From NCBI RefSeq assembly GCF_963676685.1, contig NC_092350.1, positions 18,600,001 to 18,664,000 on the forward strand: a DNA stretch of 64,000 nt. The letters are read 5' to 3'. This document shows positions 35,127 through 45,752 of this stretch, one piece after another. The translations under genes were made by a program, and so were the position numbers. The first letter of the stretch is position 1. The number at the start of each line of letters is the position of its first letter. This DNA comes from Mytilus edulis. Taxonomy: Eukaryota. The notes under the pieces are model-generated. The model made no database searches. It saw only the letters and a list, made by a program, of their open reading frames with translations, and was not told where the DNA came from.

Positions 35127-37730
35127 CTATATAGTCATACCCCGTGACACCCCTCATTATTTTTCTCTAGAACTCCTGGAATAGGCCGACCCTACCCCCA
35201 TTTTTTTGGACATTTTTTTCGAATTTTGAGCTCTAGTTTCAGATTTTTGAACATAGCGCCCTTCGATACCTAGCGCAAAAGAAGCGCCTGTTTCCCCTCT
35301 ACAAGACCTATATAGTCATACCCCGTGACATCCCTCATTATTTTTCTCTATAACTCCTGGAATAGGCCGACCCTACCCCCATTTTTTGGACATTTTTTTC
35401 GAATTTTTAGCTCTAGTTTCAGATTTTTGAACATAGCGCCCTTCGATACCTAGCGCAAAAGAAGCGCCTGTTTCTCCTCTACAAGACCTATATAGTCATA
35501 CCCCGTGACATCCCTCATTATTTTTCTCTATAACTCCTGGAATAGGCCGACCCTACCCCCATTTTTTGGACATTTTTTTCGAATTTTTAGCTCTAGTTTC
35601 AGATTTTTGAACATAGCGCCCTTCGATACCTAGTGCAAAAGAAGCGCCTGTTTCTCCTCTACAAGACCTATATAGTCATACCCCGTGACACCCCTCATTA
35701 TTTTTCTCTAGAAGTCCTAGAATAGGGCGACCCCCCTAATTTTTTGACATTTTTTTCGAATTTTGAGCTCTAGTTTCAGATTTTTGAACATAGCGCCCTT
35801 TGATACCTAGCGCAAAAGAAGCGCCTGTTTCTCCTCTACAAGACCTATATAGTCATTCCCCGTGACACTCCTCATTATTTTTCTCTAGAAGTCCTAGAAT
35901 AGGCCGACCCCCCTAATTTTTTGACATTTTTTTCAAATTCTGAGCTCTAGTTTCAGATTTTTGAACATAGCGCCCTTCGATACCTAGCGCAAAAGAAGCG
36001 CCTATTTCTCCTCTACAAGACCTATATAGTCATTCCCCGTGACACCCCTCATTATTTTTCTCTATAACTCCTGGAATAGGCCGACCCTACCCCCATTTTT
36101 TGGACATTTTTTTCGAATTTTGAGCTCTAGTTTCAGATTTTTGAACATAGCGCCCTTCGATACCTAGCGCAAAAGAAGCGCCTGTTTCTCCTCTACAAGA
36201 CCTATATAGTCATACCCCGTGACATCCCTCATTATTTTTCTCTATAACTCCTGGAATAGGCCGACCCTACCCCCATTTTTTGGACATTTTTTTCGAATTT
36301 TTAGCTCTAGTTTCAGATTTTTGAACATAGCGCCCTTCGATACCTAGTGCAAAAGAAGCGCCTGTTTCTCCTCTACAAGACCTATATAGTCATACCCCGT
36401 GACACCCCTCATTATTTTTCTCTAGAAGTCCTAGAATAGGGCGACCCCCCTAATTTTTTGACATTTTTTTCGAATTTTGAGCTCTAGTTTCAGATTTTTG
36501 AACATAGCGCCCTTCGATACCTAGCGCAAAAGAAGCGCCTGTTTCTCCTCTACAAGACCTATATAGTCATTCCCCGTGACACTCCTCATTATTTTTCTCT
36601 AGAAGTCCTAGAATAGGCCGACCCCCCTAATTTTTTGACATTTTTTTCAAATTTTGAGCTCTAGTTTCAGATTTTTGAACATAGCGCCCTTCGATACCTA
36701 GCGCAAAAGAAGCGCCTATTTCTCCTCTACAAGACCTATATAGTCATTCCCCGTGACACCCCTCATTATTTTTCTCTAGAAGTCCTAGAATAGGCCGACC
36801 CCCCTAATTTTTTGACATTTTTTTCAAATTTTGAGCTCTAGTTTCAGATTTTTGAACATAGCGCCCTTCGATACCTAGCGCAAAAGAAGCGCCTATTTCT
36901 CCTCTACAAGACCTATATAGTCATTCCCCGTGACACCCCTCATTATTTTTCTCTATAACTCCTGGAATAGGCCGACCCTACCCCCATTTTTTGGACATTT
37001 TTTTCGAATTTTGAGCTCTAGTTTCAGATTTTTGAACATAGCGCCCTTCGATACCTAGCGCAAAAGAAGCGCCTGTTTCTCCTCTACAAGACCTATATAG
37101 TCATACCCCGTGACATCCCTCATTATTTTTTTCTATAACTCCTGGAATAGGCCGACCCTACCCCCATTTTTTGGACATTTTTTTCGAATTTTTAGCTCTA
37201 GTTTCAGATTTTTGAACATAGCGCCCTTCGATACCTAGTGCAAAAGAAGCGCCTGTTTCTCCTCTACAAGACCTATATAGTCATACCCCGTGACACCCCT
37301 CATTATTTTTCTCTAGAAGTCCTAGAATAGGGCGACCCCCCTAATTTTTTGACATTTTTTTCGAATTTTGAGCTCTAGTTTCAGATTTTTGAACATAGCG
37401 CCCTTCGATACCTAGCGCAAAAGAAGCGCCTGTTTCTCCTCTACAAGACCTATATAGTCATTCCCCGTGACACCCCTCATTATTTTTCTCTAGAAGTCCT
37501 AGAATAGGCCGACCCCCCTAATTTTTTGACATTTTTTTCAAATTTTGAGCTCTAGTTTCAGATTTTTGAACATAGCGCCCTTCGATACCTAGCGCAAAAG
37601 AAGCGCCTATTTCTCCTCTACAAGACCTATATAGTCATTCCCCGTGACACCCCTCATTATTTTTCTCTAGAAGCCCTAAAATAGGCCAACCCTCCTAATT
37701 TTTTGACATTTTTTCAAATTTTGAGCTCTA

Positions 37731-38101
37731 GATTAAACAATGACATAAAAGGTGCTATATTTTACAGGGTAGGACTACTTTTACATACGTTCTAAATTGA
37801 AGAGGGTGCATATATATAGGTGGCCCTACACCTACAAATAATCCGTTGATAGGTGCATAGTTATTGTGGTACTGAATATTAGCTTAAAAAGCTATTGGAC
37901 TTGTTAAATCAATAGATTGGATAAAAACCATTTCAAAATTGAGTTTAAATTGCTATATTTTAACTGATTTTCTGCCTTTTGAAATATTTTTTTATATAAC
38001 GGCCGTTGTTGTCTGATTCTGTTTTTTGGTTTCTCGATATATCGCCTTATTGTTCGCTGGCTTATTGTTCGCTAGCTATTGTTCGCTAGCTTCTGCCTGG
38101 T
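37731..38101 (-). repeat. Right outer TIR domain of the foldback element
   Basis: Reverse complement of 19578-19945. Confidence 0.9.
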
Positions 38102-38918
38102 AGATGCCACTTGGATATAACCCATAATAAAACCACTTTTGGTTTCAATCAATTTTAGAATTATATTTCTGAAAGTGTTAGAAAGAAATAGTATGCCTAA
38201 AACTTGGATATTTTGGTTCTGTACTTTTAAGCATGAGTTGATATCTCGAATGTCCAGCGATTATTGTTGAATCTTTTACAGATTTGTCTATGAATCTTTT
38301 CAATTAGATAATATTTGACAGTTGTTGCATCACATGTACGTGTTTGAATGCAGCTTCATACATTTTGCATTTTTTAGTCTGATATTTATTGCCAGAGTTG
38401 TCATCAACAATCAATCTAGAATTCTGAAAGAAAGCAAGCAGTAAAATTTGTTTTATCACTACTATGTTAATGTTTGTGTATGCATAAACCAATTGTTCAA
38501 AGTGGAAAAGATTTATATCCTGATAGGTCATCAAAGATAAACATATATATATTTTTTATCATCTTTCTGCATTTGATTCCAGAAAAAAATCTATGAGACA
38601 TATGTAGGCCTATTGTAAATTTTACGTAATGTTCACGATTTAAGAGTGATTTTTAACGTTAATTTTTTGCGAAGTGATAGGCTACACGGTACTGACGAAT
38701 TATCAGTTGAATAAGTTCTCAAATTTCATTTATAGCATACTATAAAGTCTATCCAAATCACAAAAAAGTATAAAATAAACAATTACCAATGTGTGGATTA
38801 GATAAACATGTCAGCATTTCATTGCGTAGGAGAAAAATGAGTTTGAAAATCGGGAAATGTTTGATTATATAGGAGTATATATTAACTCACCGTTTTACGG
38901 GTGACACCCTACCTTTAA

Positions 38919-39056
38919 CAGTGGCGGATCCAGAACTTTTCTTAAAAGGGGGGGGGGGCTCCAGTCATGCTTCAATGATTCCCTATATAATCAACCAAAT
39001 TTTTCCCACGAAAGGGGGGAGGGCCCAAGCCCCCCCCCCCCCTGGACCCACCTATG
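38919..39056 (+). mobile_element. Small GC-rich MITE (CAGTGGCGGATC terminus)
   Basis: Same family as 40405-40564, in opposite orientation. Confidence 0.6.
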
Positions 39057-40404
39057 TTTAAATAACAAATACTTCATCTTCCGTATGTTGTAAAAACGAG
39101 AAATGTGTAACCAAGGTGAATATACAACGAAAATAGACAGACAACAGTCTTGCATGTTTGTTTGTGACTTGTAAACTAAGAAGCTTAGAGTATTGTGTAA
39201 AATCTTTGCAGATGACACAATAAACTAAAATTTCTATTCAGCTATATTATTTACTATATCGGGTGTCAGTGGTGACGCAGGATTTGCTTATCCTTCCGGA
39301 ACACCAGTTTTTTTGTTTGGGTTCGTGTTGCTCAGTTTTTAGCTACTCATATGAATCATTTTTTGGACTCTGTATTTCATTGTCATTCATTATTTTGCCC
39401 TGGTTGTGTCAGATTTGCTTTGACTCAATAGTCTTAAATTTCCCTTCTTATTCCGCCTCTTTAAAAAAAAGATGTTACGTATCGTTCCATCCGGCCAAAA
39501 AATAATAGTGGAAAAAGATATTCCTATTTTGGAATATTTGTCTGTCGGTATTTAATAAATTCGTCCATCGAATAAAACTTGTTTAGAGATATTTCTGTTG
39601 TCGTGTTTGGAAAAAAGCAAATAGCCGTTGTTTTAAATATGATACTGGACATTGTGTACGCGTACCTTTTCAAAAGTTATATACGTTAAACTACATTAAA
39701 TTATACATTATACTAAATAGTTCATAACATCAGGACTCGAGATAAGATGTTTACCAAGGTCAATTTGAATGCATGCATGTGATTATTGTGAATATAGAGA
39801 TTACACTTTTTCTTAAAGTTTGCATAGGTACATTGTGTCCGTATTTATTATTTTTTTTTTTCGAACATGTCTGTTAGTAAGCTTTTTCTTAGTTTACAGC
39901 TGTTGTATTTAAATAAAAACCAAATCGTTAAGTTTGATAGTAAAACTAGTTTTATTTTTTGGTTGCTAAATGTCCAGTGGGAAATATTTCACTAATATTT
40001 AGAACATACTAGTAGTCAAGCTGAAAAATTCAATTAACTGGTCTAAAATGTTTGTGAGATGGGAAGACTTTAACTGCAACTTAATAGAAGAGGAGTCAGA
40101 TGAGTGCATCTTTTTGTAGAAGCCTCCATATGCCATTCTTACTTAGATAGAGTATATTTCTTGGAATTAAGGAACGTTGTATGTTACATTGATTATATCT
40201 AGGCCTTCACTATAATAATCAAAACCAAAAACGGAAAGAACTACATAATTCGACGATGGAAAGAAATTCCAGACAAAAAAATATATATATATATATCTGC
40301 CTATGTGTAGTGACAACTGCAAATTATACCTTGTCCATCGGATTTCTTATATATATATATAAAACGTCTAAATAATAGTCAACGATTTTTCCCACGTGGG
40401 CGCT

Positions 40405-40564
40405 CAGAGGCGGATTTAGGGGGGGGGCAGGGGGCCCGGGCCCCCCCTTTTTGGGAAAAAATTTGGTTGCTTATATAGGGAATCATTGAAGCGTGACTGG
40501 AGCGGGCCCCCTCTTAGGTCAGTCAGTGGGCCCATACTTATGAAAATTTCTTGATCCGCCACTG
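40405..40564 (-). mobile_element. Small GC-rich MITE
   Basis: Termini CAGAGGCGGAT / ATCCGCCACTG, with GCGCT duplicated on both flanks. Confidence 0.7.
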
Positions 40565-40791
40565 GCGCTGGATCGTTACAAGTAACGATACATGTACACA
40601 ATAAAATAAATTATATAAACGCCTAAAAAGTGTACATAACAACACCAATAACATAAAAAGGAACTATAAATGTAATTATTTATAAATATTTCGGATAACA
40701 GATATCCTTCATCGGTATATATGATTGTGATGTTGAATGAATCAATTAATCTAAGTAGACTGATAATTTATAAGTGTGACCAAATATATTT

Positions 40792-42069
40792 TTAATGTAC
40801 GTTTTCATTCAGAAACCATTTACTTTCCTTTTTTCCATGCGTCAATTGTGGTTCCTGGTGGCGTTTTTTGACAAAATGATCATATAAATAAAAAGTATCT
40901 TCATGTTCGTCTTTGATGGATGCAGATGTTTCGTCTCGTTTGAAAGTCTTGGGAGAGCTATCCTTATCATCGGGTGATCCGTTCGCCATGAAACCAACCG
41001 CTTCTATATCTTTTGATTTATATGAAATACAGTTAGGACTTGTTTTTTCATCTACATTATTTTCCATATGTATTGTGTCTTTATCATCAGATTTGTTTTT
41101 CAAGGACACCTTTACCTCTAATCGCTGGGCAAGTTTATCCATTTCTTTCATGATATCGGTCTTTAAATGATCTTTCCATCCTTTAGATTGATTTTTAATC
41201 AGACTTTCAAACGGATTTTTTTTGTTCTTTATAAAATCCATCAGTGACTGGTCCAACACGATATTAAACATCATGTTATCGGTTTCCTCATTTTCCGTCA
41301 CCTCGAACATTTTTCGCTGAGCGTGAATCGTTTTCTTGATTCTTTGGAGTGCAAAAAAGACCTGTTTAGCATTTCCATGGTATTTTGCGGTGGTAAGAAA
41401 TCTTTCATTCTGCACAATATTCTGCTTGAATCCGGACACGGTGTCTATTTGTTCTTGTAATGGTTTAACTTTAGACACAAATGTTTTAGAAACATCGGTT
41501 TTTATGTTAGGCTTCATCTTCTCTAGCTTGTCAATAGCTTTGTTAATACAGCATTCGGCTTCTGAAATAATTTTGTCTTTTTCTGCATTTATTCTTTCTA
41601 CCTGTTTTATTTTATTTTCTACTAATTCTGTCATTACTCTTTCTAAACAATTAAGATCTTTCTCCACTACTACATCGATGTTATCATCTGCTAACATCTC
41701 TACAACTTCATCTACAGATTTAATATTGAGACATTGACGGTGATTCTCTGCCAAACAGATAATGCAACACATCTCAGAATGGTCTAAACAAAAAACTTCG
41801 TAAAACTTCCCTGAATGTTCATCACAAGGTTCGTTCACCTGGTGGTCGGATATTTTTGGAAGTTTCTGACCCTCTGAAATTGTCACGACTGTGTGTGTTC
41901 CGGAATCTTTCAGACGGCTGTGAAAACTTTTCAGGCATCCATTGCACAACAACTCGTTACTATGCTGACACCACTTGATTGCTTTTACACGAGCTCCAAC
42001 ACGTGAACAAGGATCACAGTTGTAGATGATGTTATCCTTCGATTTTGAATCCATCATCGAAGAGAACAT
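40792..42069 (-). CDS. RING-less TRIM-like protein (B-box1, B-box2, coiled coil), 425 aa, intronless
   Basis: CDPC..WCQHS..LC..C..H B-box1, CDEH...FCLDH..CCIIC...H..C B-box2, heptad region; clear paralog of 59269-60762. Confidence 0.8.
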   Translation of the reverse strand: MFSSMMDSKSKDNIIYNCDPCSRVGARVKAIKWCQHSNELLCNGCLKSFHSRLKDSGTHTVVTISEGQKLPKISDHQVNEPCDEHSGKFYEVFCLDHSEMCCIICLAENHRQCLNIKSVDEVVEMLADDNIDVVVEKDLNCLERVMTELVENKIKQVERINAEKDKIISEAECCINKAIDKLEKMKPNIKTDVSKTFVSKVKPLQEQIDTVSGFKQNIVQNERFLTTAKYHGNAKQVFFALQRIKKTIHAQRKMFEVTENEETDNMMFNIVLDQSLMDFIKNKKNPFESLIKNQSKGWKDHLKTDIMKEMDKLAQRLEVKVSLKNKSDDKDTIHMENNVDEKTSPNCISYKSKDIEAVGFMANGSPDDKDSSPKTFKRDETSASIKDEHEDTFYLYDHFVKKRHQEPQLTHGKKESKWFLNENVH

Positions 42070-42313
42070 ACGATGATTGAAAGGTAGCTGACTTGGGGAT
42101 TTTCAGACTGCCTTGTTAGAATCTGGAACAGTGACAGACACTCTGCATACCAGGCAACAACAATATGTATTATGGTTGACCTTTTTTGCTTAAGTTTCAA
42201 TAAACGTTTACAAACACGCCTCACAATGGCTTGTACCTTGGATTTTTATACTCGTCCAAATATATTGAACAATCAAGTTTTGTAGCTGTTTTCCTGAACA
42301 CTGCATTCGCCAT
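42070..42313 (-). pseudogene. Decayed RING-finger coding segment of the TRIM paralog
   Basis: From ATG 42313: MANAVFRKTATKLDCSIYLDEYKNPRY, then a deletion/frameshift, then CEACL*TFIET*AKK...VCRVSVTVPDSNKAV*KSPSQLPFNHR. Aligns to the intact RING of the second copy. Confidence 0.9.
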
Positions 42314-43151
42314 TATCGAAGTACTTTCGTTTTGAATAAGGGAGATTATTTAAAATACACGTGTGCAAGATTGATTAAAAATCGTTTTCAACTGTTGGTT
42401 ATGATTAGAATTTCCCACTGAAAGTCATTTAAGATTCCGATGGCACTATGCATTGACATTTTAAAAAAACCATCCGTAGTGTAAAGCCATCTCTTTTTTT
42501 ATTGTTTGTAAATTAAGACAAATGTTTTTTTGTAAACCGACTATGTTGTATCTGCATAATTAATATTACATGGAATTAGATAAAAAAAAAAAACACACAC
42601 CAAAAAAAACAACATCATATTTTTATTTTTTTAAATATTTTTTTCAACCTAGGATTATTAGATTCCGACGGCAAGACATTGATAGGAAAGAAAATCTAGG
42701 CAACAACTTATTTTTTATTTTTTTTAGGTTTAGGTTTCTGCTTAAAACAGCAGCAATATGTTGATCACTACTTACAAATAATGGAGGTATGGTTAACGAT
42801 CAGTGACAGTATTTCATATTCATGATTATAAAACAAGTTATTTCATGACTGAATTTGCTAGATCTTTTGCTTAGCAGACGCTCAAGTTTCGGATTTCGAA
42901 TGTTTTATCTAACTTGCATGATTTCAAACAATTACATCATTTATCCTTCTGAGTACATTAGTAAATACATCTTGTTGATTTACCAGGGAAACGACAAATC
43001 CCATGTACTTTTAGGTGTCAGACCACCAATTAAAAATCCCTATATATGCCTTTAAAGTCTTCTAAGCGAGGGGGAAAAAAACTGACCTACGAACAGATGT
43101 ACTCCAAAAATAACCCCTGGTTTTCTGGAAATTTTAAATTATTATACTGTG

Positions 43152-43571
43152 AGTAGTATGAAATGGGGTCAGTCCCCCACCAAAACCCCACCGGAAGTCA
43201 CGTCACAGCTAAGCCTCTTAACTATGACGTAGTATCCGGTCTATAATCTCTTAATCCCCTTAACTGGTACTTAACATCCTGGTTATAATCCTCTTAACTG
43301 AAGTGGATTAATCTCTTAATCCTCTTAACTGCTACTTAACATCCGGGTTATAATCCTCTTAACTGAAGTGGATTAATCTCTTAATCTTCTTAACTTGTAC
43401 TTAACATCCTGGTTATAATCCTCTTAACTGAAGTGGATTAATCTCTTAATCTTCTTAACTTGTACTTAACATCCTGGTTAAAATCCGGTGGGGGAAAAAA
43501 TTAACGGACATGTTTTTTCGATCCCCCCTACCCTCCTACGTATTATCTTGTAAACGTGGCATACACGTTGA
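43152..43571 (+). repeat. Polinton left TIR, with an internal 65-bp tandem repeat (~3.7 copies)
   Basis: Reverse complement of 55881-56299; tacttaacatcc recurs at 43268, 43333, 43398 and 43463. Confidence 0.97.
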
Positions 43572-43700
43572 GACATGCACGTTAACATCCTAAAGTTTAA
43601 TCTTGTAAACGTATAATCTAAATGTAAAAAGTTTATAAACTAAGAAAAACGTTTACTATATAGCATACATCATTATAGTAATTTCATAAGAACAAACAGT

Positions 43701-44009
43701 ATGAATCTCCAAAATTTTAATATGTATACACTTTTAAGAGAAAGAGAACTAACAGGGAAGATCAGACGATCACGAAGAGATCCCAAAAAGACTGCAAATT
43801 TGATAAGGAACAGGGTTGATAAACTTCATCATGAAGAACTATCTCGGTGTCCAGTAGAAACATGGCTTCTGAAAAACGGTTACATTGTTTGTATTCTATA
43901 CAACTTTGAACACCACCCAGAGTTTATTGAAGATCTATATTTTTGTGGATGTTACTTTGATGCAGTGTTAGCAGACTACAAGTTTATGGATCCTGTCAAC
44001 TACCAATAA
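43701..44009 (+). CDS. Polinton small hypothetical protein, 102 aa
   Basis: ATG-initiated ORF downstream of the TIR, with TATA-like actatatag at ~43655. Confidence 0.6.
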   Translation: MNLQNFNMYTLLRERELTGKIRRSRRDPKKTANLIRNRVDKLHHEELSRCPVETWLLKNGYIVCILYNFEHHPEFIEDLYFCGCYFDAVLADYKFMDPVNYQ

Positions 44010-44365
44010 GAAAAAAATCCATGTATATCATTTACATGTGTACAACGGTCCTTTTAAGGACCAACAAATCATTCAAAAAGAGTCTATTATTGTTGTACAT
44101 GATCAGTTCGTTTTTCCTCTCCAACGAATACGAAATATCTACAAAAGGTTCACAACTTGTTTATTTTCGAAGAAAAGAAAACTAGATTGTACATTTTATT
44201 ACTTTCAATTGATAAACATACATTATTTCAACTAAAACAACAATATGATAACAAAAGTTTTCATATTGAACATTGGAAATTACATCTTCTTAATGAAATT
44301 CTACTATAAAATATAGACATATATATATATTTTGTGTATTTAAAAAAAAATCATTTTGAGTTAAC

Positions 44366-44596
44366 ATGTTAGAGAGGATGAGCACAGAAAACCTTCAAAC
44401 AAAGTGGTGTTTTTTCGGACAGAATGTACCAAAAGCAGAGATCGTGTATTTTTGTCAGATGATAATAGTTTTCATAATTGTTATTGCGGCAGTTGTTAAT
44501 TTATCAACACAAAATGGGAGTATAGAACTATGGGTTAGTTTATTAAGTGGTTGTACCGGTTACATTTTACCAAACCCTTCTATAAATAAAATATAA
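44366..44596 (+). CDS. Polinton small membrane protein, 76 aa (two hydrophobic segments)
   Basis: IVYFCQMIIVFIIVIAAVVNL and LWVSLLSGCTGYILPNP; TATA at ~44305; AATAAA overlaps the end of the ORF. Confidence 0.75.
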   Translation: MLERMSTENLQTKWCFFGQNVPKAEIVYFCQMIIVFIIVIAAVVNLSTQNGSIELWVSLLSGCTGYILPNPSINKI

Positions 44597-44756
44597 ATGA
44601 GATTCACATAAAAAGAAGGGAGGAAAAAAATGTTCGAGTAACCCTCCTTCTAACCACGTGACCGAAACGTTCACCATACGTTTCGTTTATCTCTTAATGA
44701 ATCATCATGAACAATTTAAGCCGCTACCACAACTATAAAAGCACACAGTTATATCA

Positions 44757-45017
44757 ATGGCACAGGCACAGGTTGATTTATCCAAAGAGGTGTACGGTTG
44801 TGACTTTGATCACTTGCATACTGATTTATTAAAGAAACAGATCGAGTGTTTAATTGATGAAACAACAAAAGTGGTGGTGAAGAAAAGAGGAAAACATACT
44901 CGAATACAGCTTGTTGTTAAAGGGAAAAAGATTCTGATCACTAAAGAAAATTGGACGAAACTGTGTTATCTAAAGGACAGCATCTTATTTCTTCATTCAT
45001 TTATAGACGAACACTGA
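44757..45017 (+). CDS. Polinton 86-aa protein, possible PC4-like ssDNA-binding fold
   Basis: TATAAAA at ~44734; KVVVKKRGKHTRIQL..KGKKILITKENWTKL resembles the PC4 beta-strand plus Kx(I)xLTxxxWxxL pattern. Confidence 0.6.
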   Translation: MAQAQVDLSKEVYGCDFDHLHTDLLKKQIECLIDETTKVVVKKRGKHTRIQLVVKGKKILITKENWTKLCYLKDSILFLHSFIDEH

Positions 45018-45024
45018 TAGTACA

Positions 45025-45429
45025 ATGGTGGCAATTAAAGTTGGTATGGAAAAAAGACTGCTTTCAACTATATTACTGTTTTCTTTTGCTGAATTATTGG
45101 ATGAAATGGTGCAACAATTATCAAAGAAGTTTTGTCAGGGATGCAAAGTGGAACATGGATCACAACATAGACACGAATGTTTGATGGATAGTGAACTAGA
45201 TAAACTCGAAAAACATTTTGATCAGGCGTTCTGTGAGTTTAAATACAGTCACATACTAGGAAAATACAGAGAGAATGTGAGAACATTGACCTTGGAAAAT
45301 AGTGTCGTTTTAAACTTTTTCATTCTTCATGTGTTGTTCATGGACACGCTTCGATCAGAAAAAATGAAAGTGAGTGTTTATAATTTAATGGAAAGGAAAT
45401 TAAAACTTGAAGGACGTTTCACACAGTAA
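45025..45429 (+). CDS. Polinton 134-aa protein with CxGCxxxHxSQxxHxC putative Zn-binding motif
   Basis: CQGCKVEHGSQHRHEC; AATAAA at ~45467. Confidence 0.75.
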   Translation: MVAIKVGMEKRLLSTILLFSFAELLDEMVQQLSKKFCQGCKVEHGSQHRHECLMDSELDKLEKHFDQAFCEFKYSHILGKYRENVRTLTLENSVVLNFFILHVLFMDTLRSEKMKVSVYNLMERKLKLEGRFTQ

Positions 45430-45559
45430 TATTGTATTTTGTGTAAATATATGTATATTTCATTGAATAAATTTATATTGATGTGGAATTTTTCGTTGTG
45501 TATTTATTTTCTGGTAAAGATATAAAATGTTATATCATTTCATAAGTTTTCGTATTCAT

Positions 45560-45752
45560 TCGTATATTTCCGTATGTATATATATTTCCGGTAGTATTCG
45601 GAAACATTCGTTTATTTCCGAATGTATAATTATTTCCGGTAGTAGTCGGAAACATTCGTTTATTTCCGAATGTAAAGTAATTTCCGATCATTTCCGGAAT
45701 CGTTCGTTGATATCTGCTTTTTCATTCCGGAATTATTGGGTTGATTCCGTAT
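45560..45752. repeat. TTCCG-rich repeat cluster (48-bp unit x2 plus degenerate copies)
   Basis: tatttccggtagta.tcggaaacattcgtttatttccgaatgta at 45583 and 45631; about 11 TTCCG/CGGAA cores. Confidence 0.85.

Larger units (their letters stand above)
29097..37731 (-). repeat. Satellite array, same monomer in opposite orientation, about 40 copies (right arm), with two 730-bp insertions
   Basis: Reverse-complement monomer ...ttttgagctctagtttcagatttttgaacatagcgccc... repeated throughout. Confidence 0.98.
19578..38101. mobile_element. Giant foldback-type (FB/MULE-like) element with satellite-filled inverted arms
   Basis: Left end ACCAGGCAGAAGCTAGCGAACAATA... is the reverse complement of right end ...TATTGTTCGCTAGCTTCTGCCTGGT. 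Flanks are TGATGCCAC (19569-19577) and AGATGCCAC (38102-38110). Inverted homology runs 19578-~25095 versus ~28610-38101. Confidence 0.9.

Noticed and set aside
19945-37731. CRISPR-like array
   Set aside because: Monomers are contiguous 177-181-bp units with no unique spacers, in eukaryotic DNA with no cas genes. This is satellite DNA.
40913-41737. Plus-strand ORFs 40913-41170 and 41336-41737, and similar antisense ORFs over pPolB, MCP and the second TRIM
   Set aside because: These are antisense shadows of real coding sequence, with no motifs of their own.
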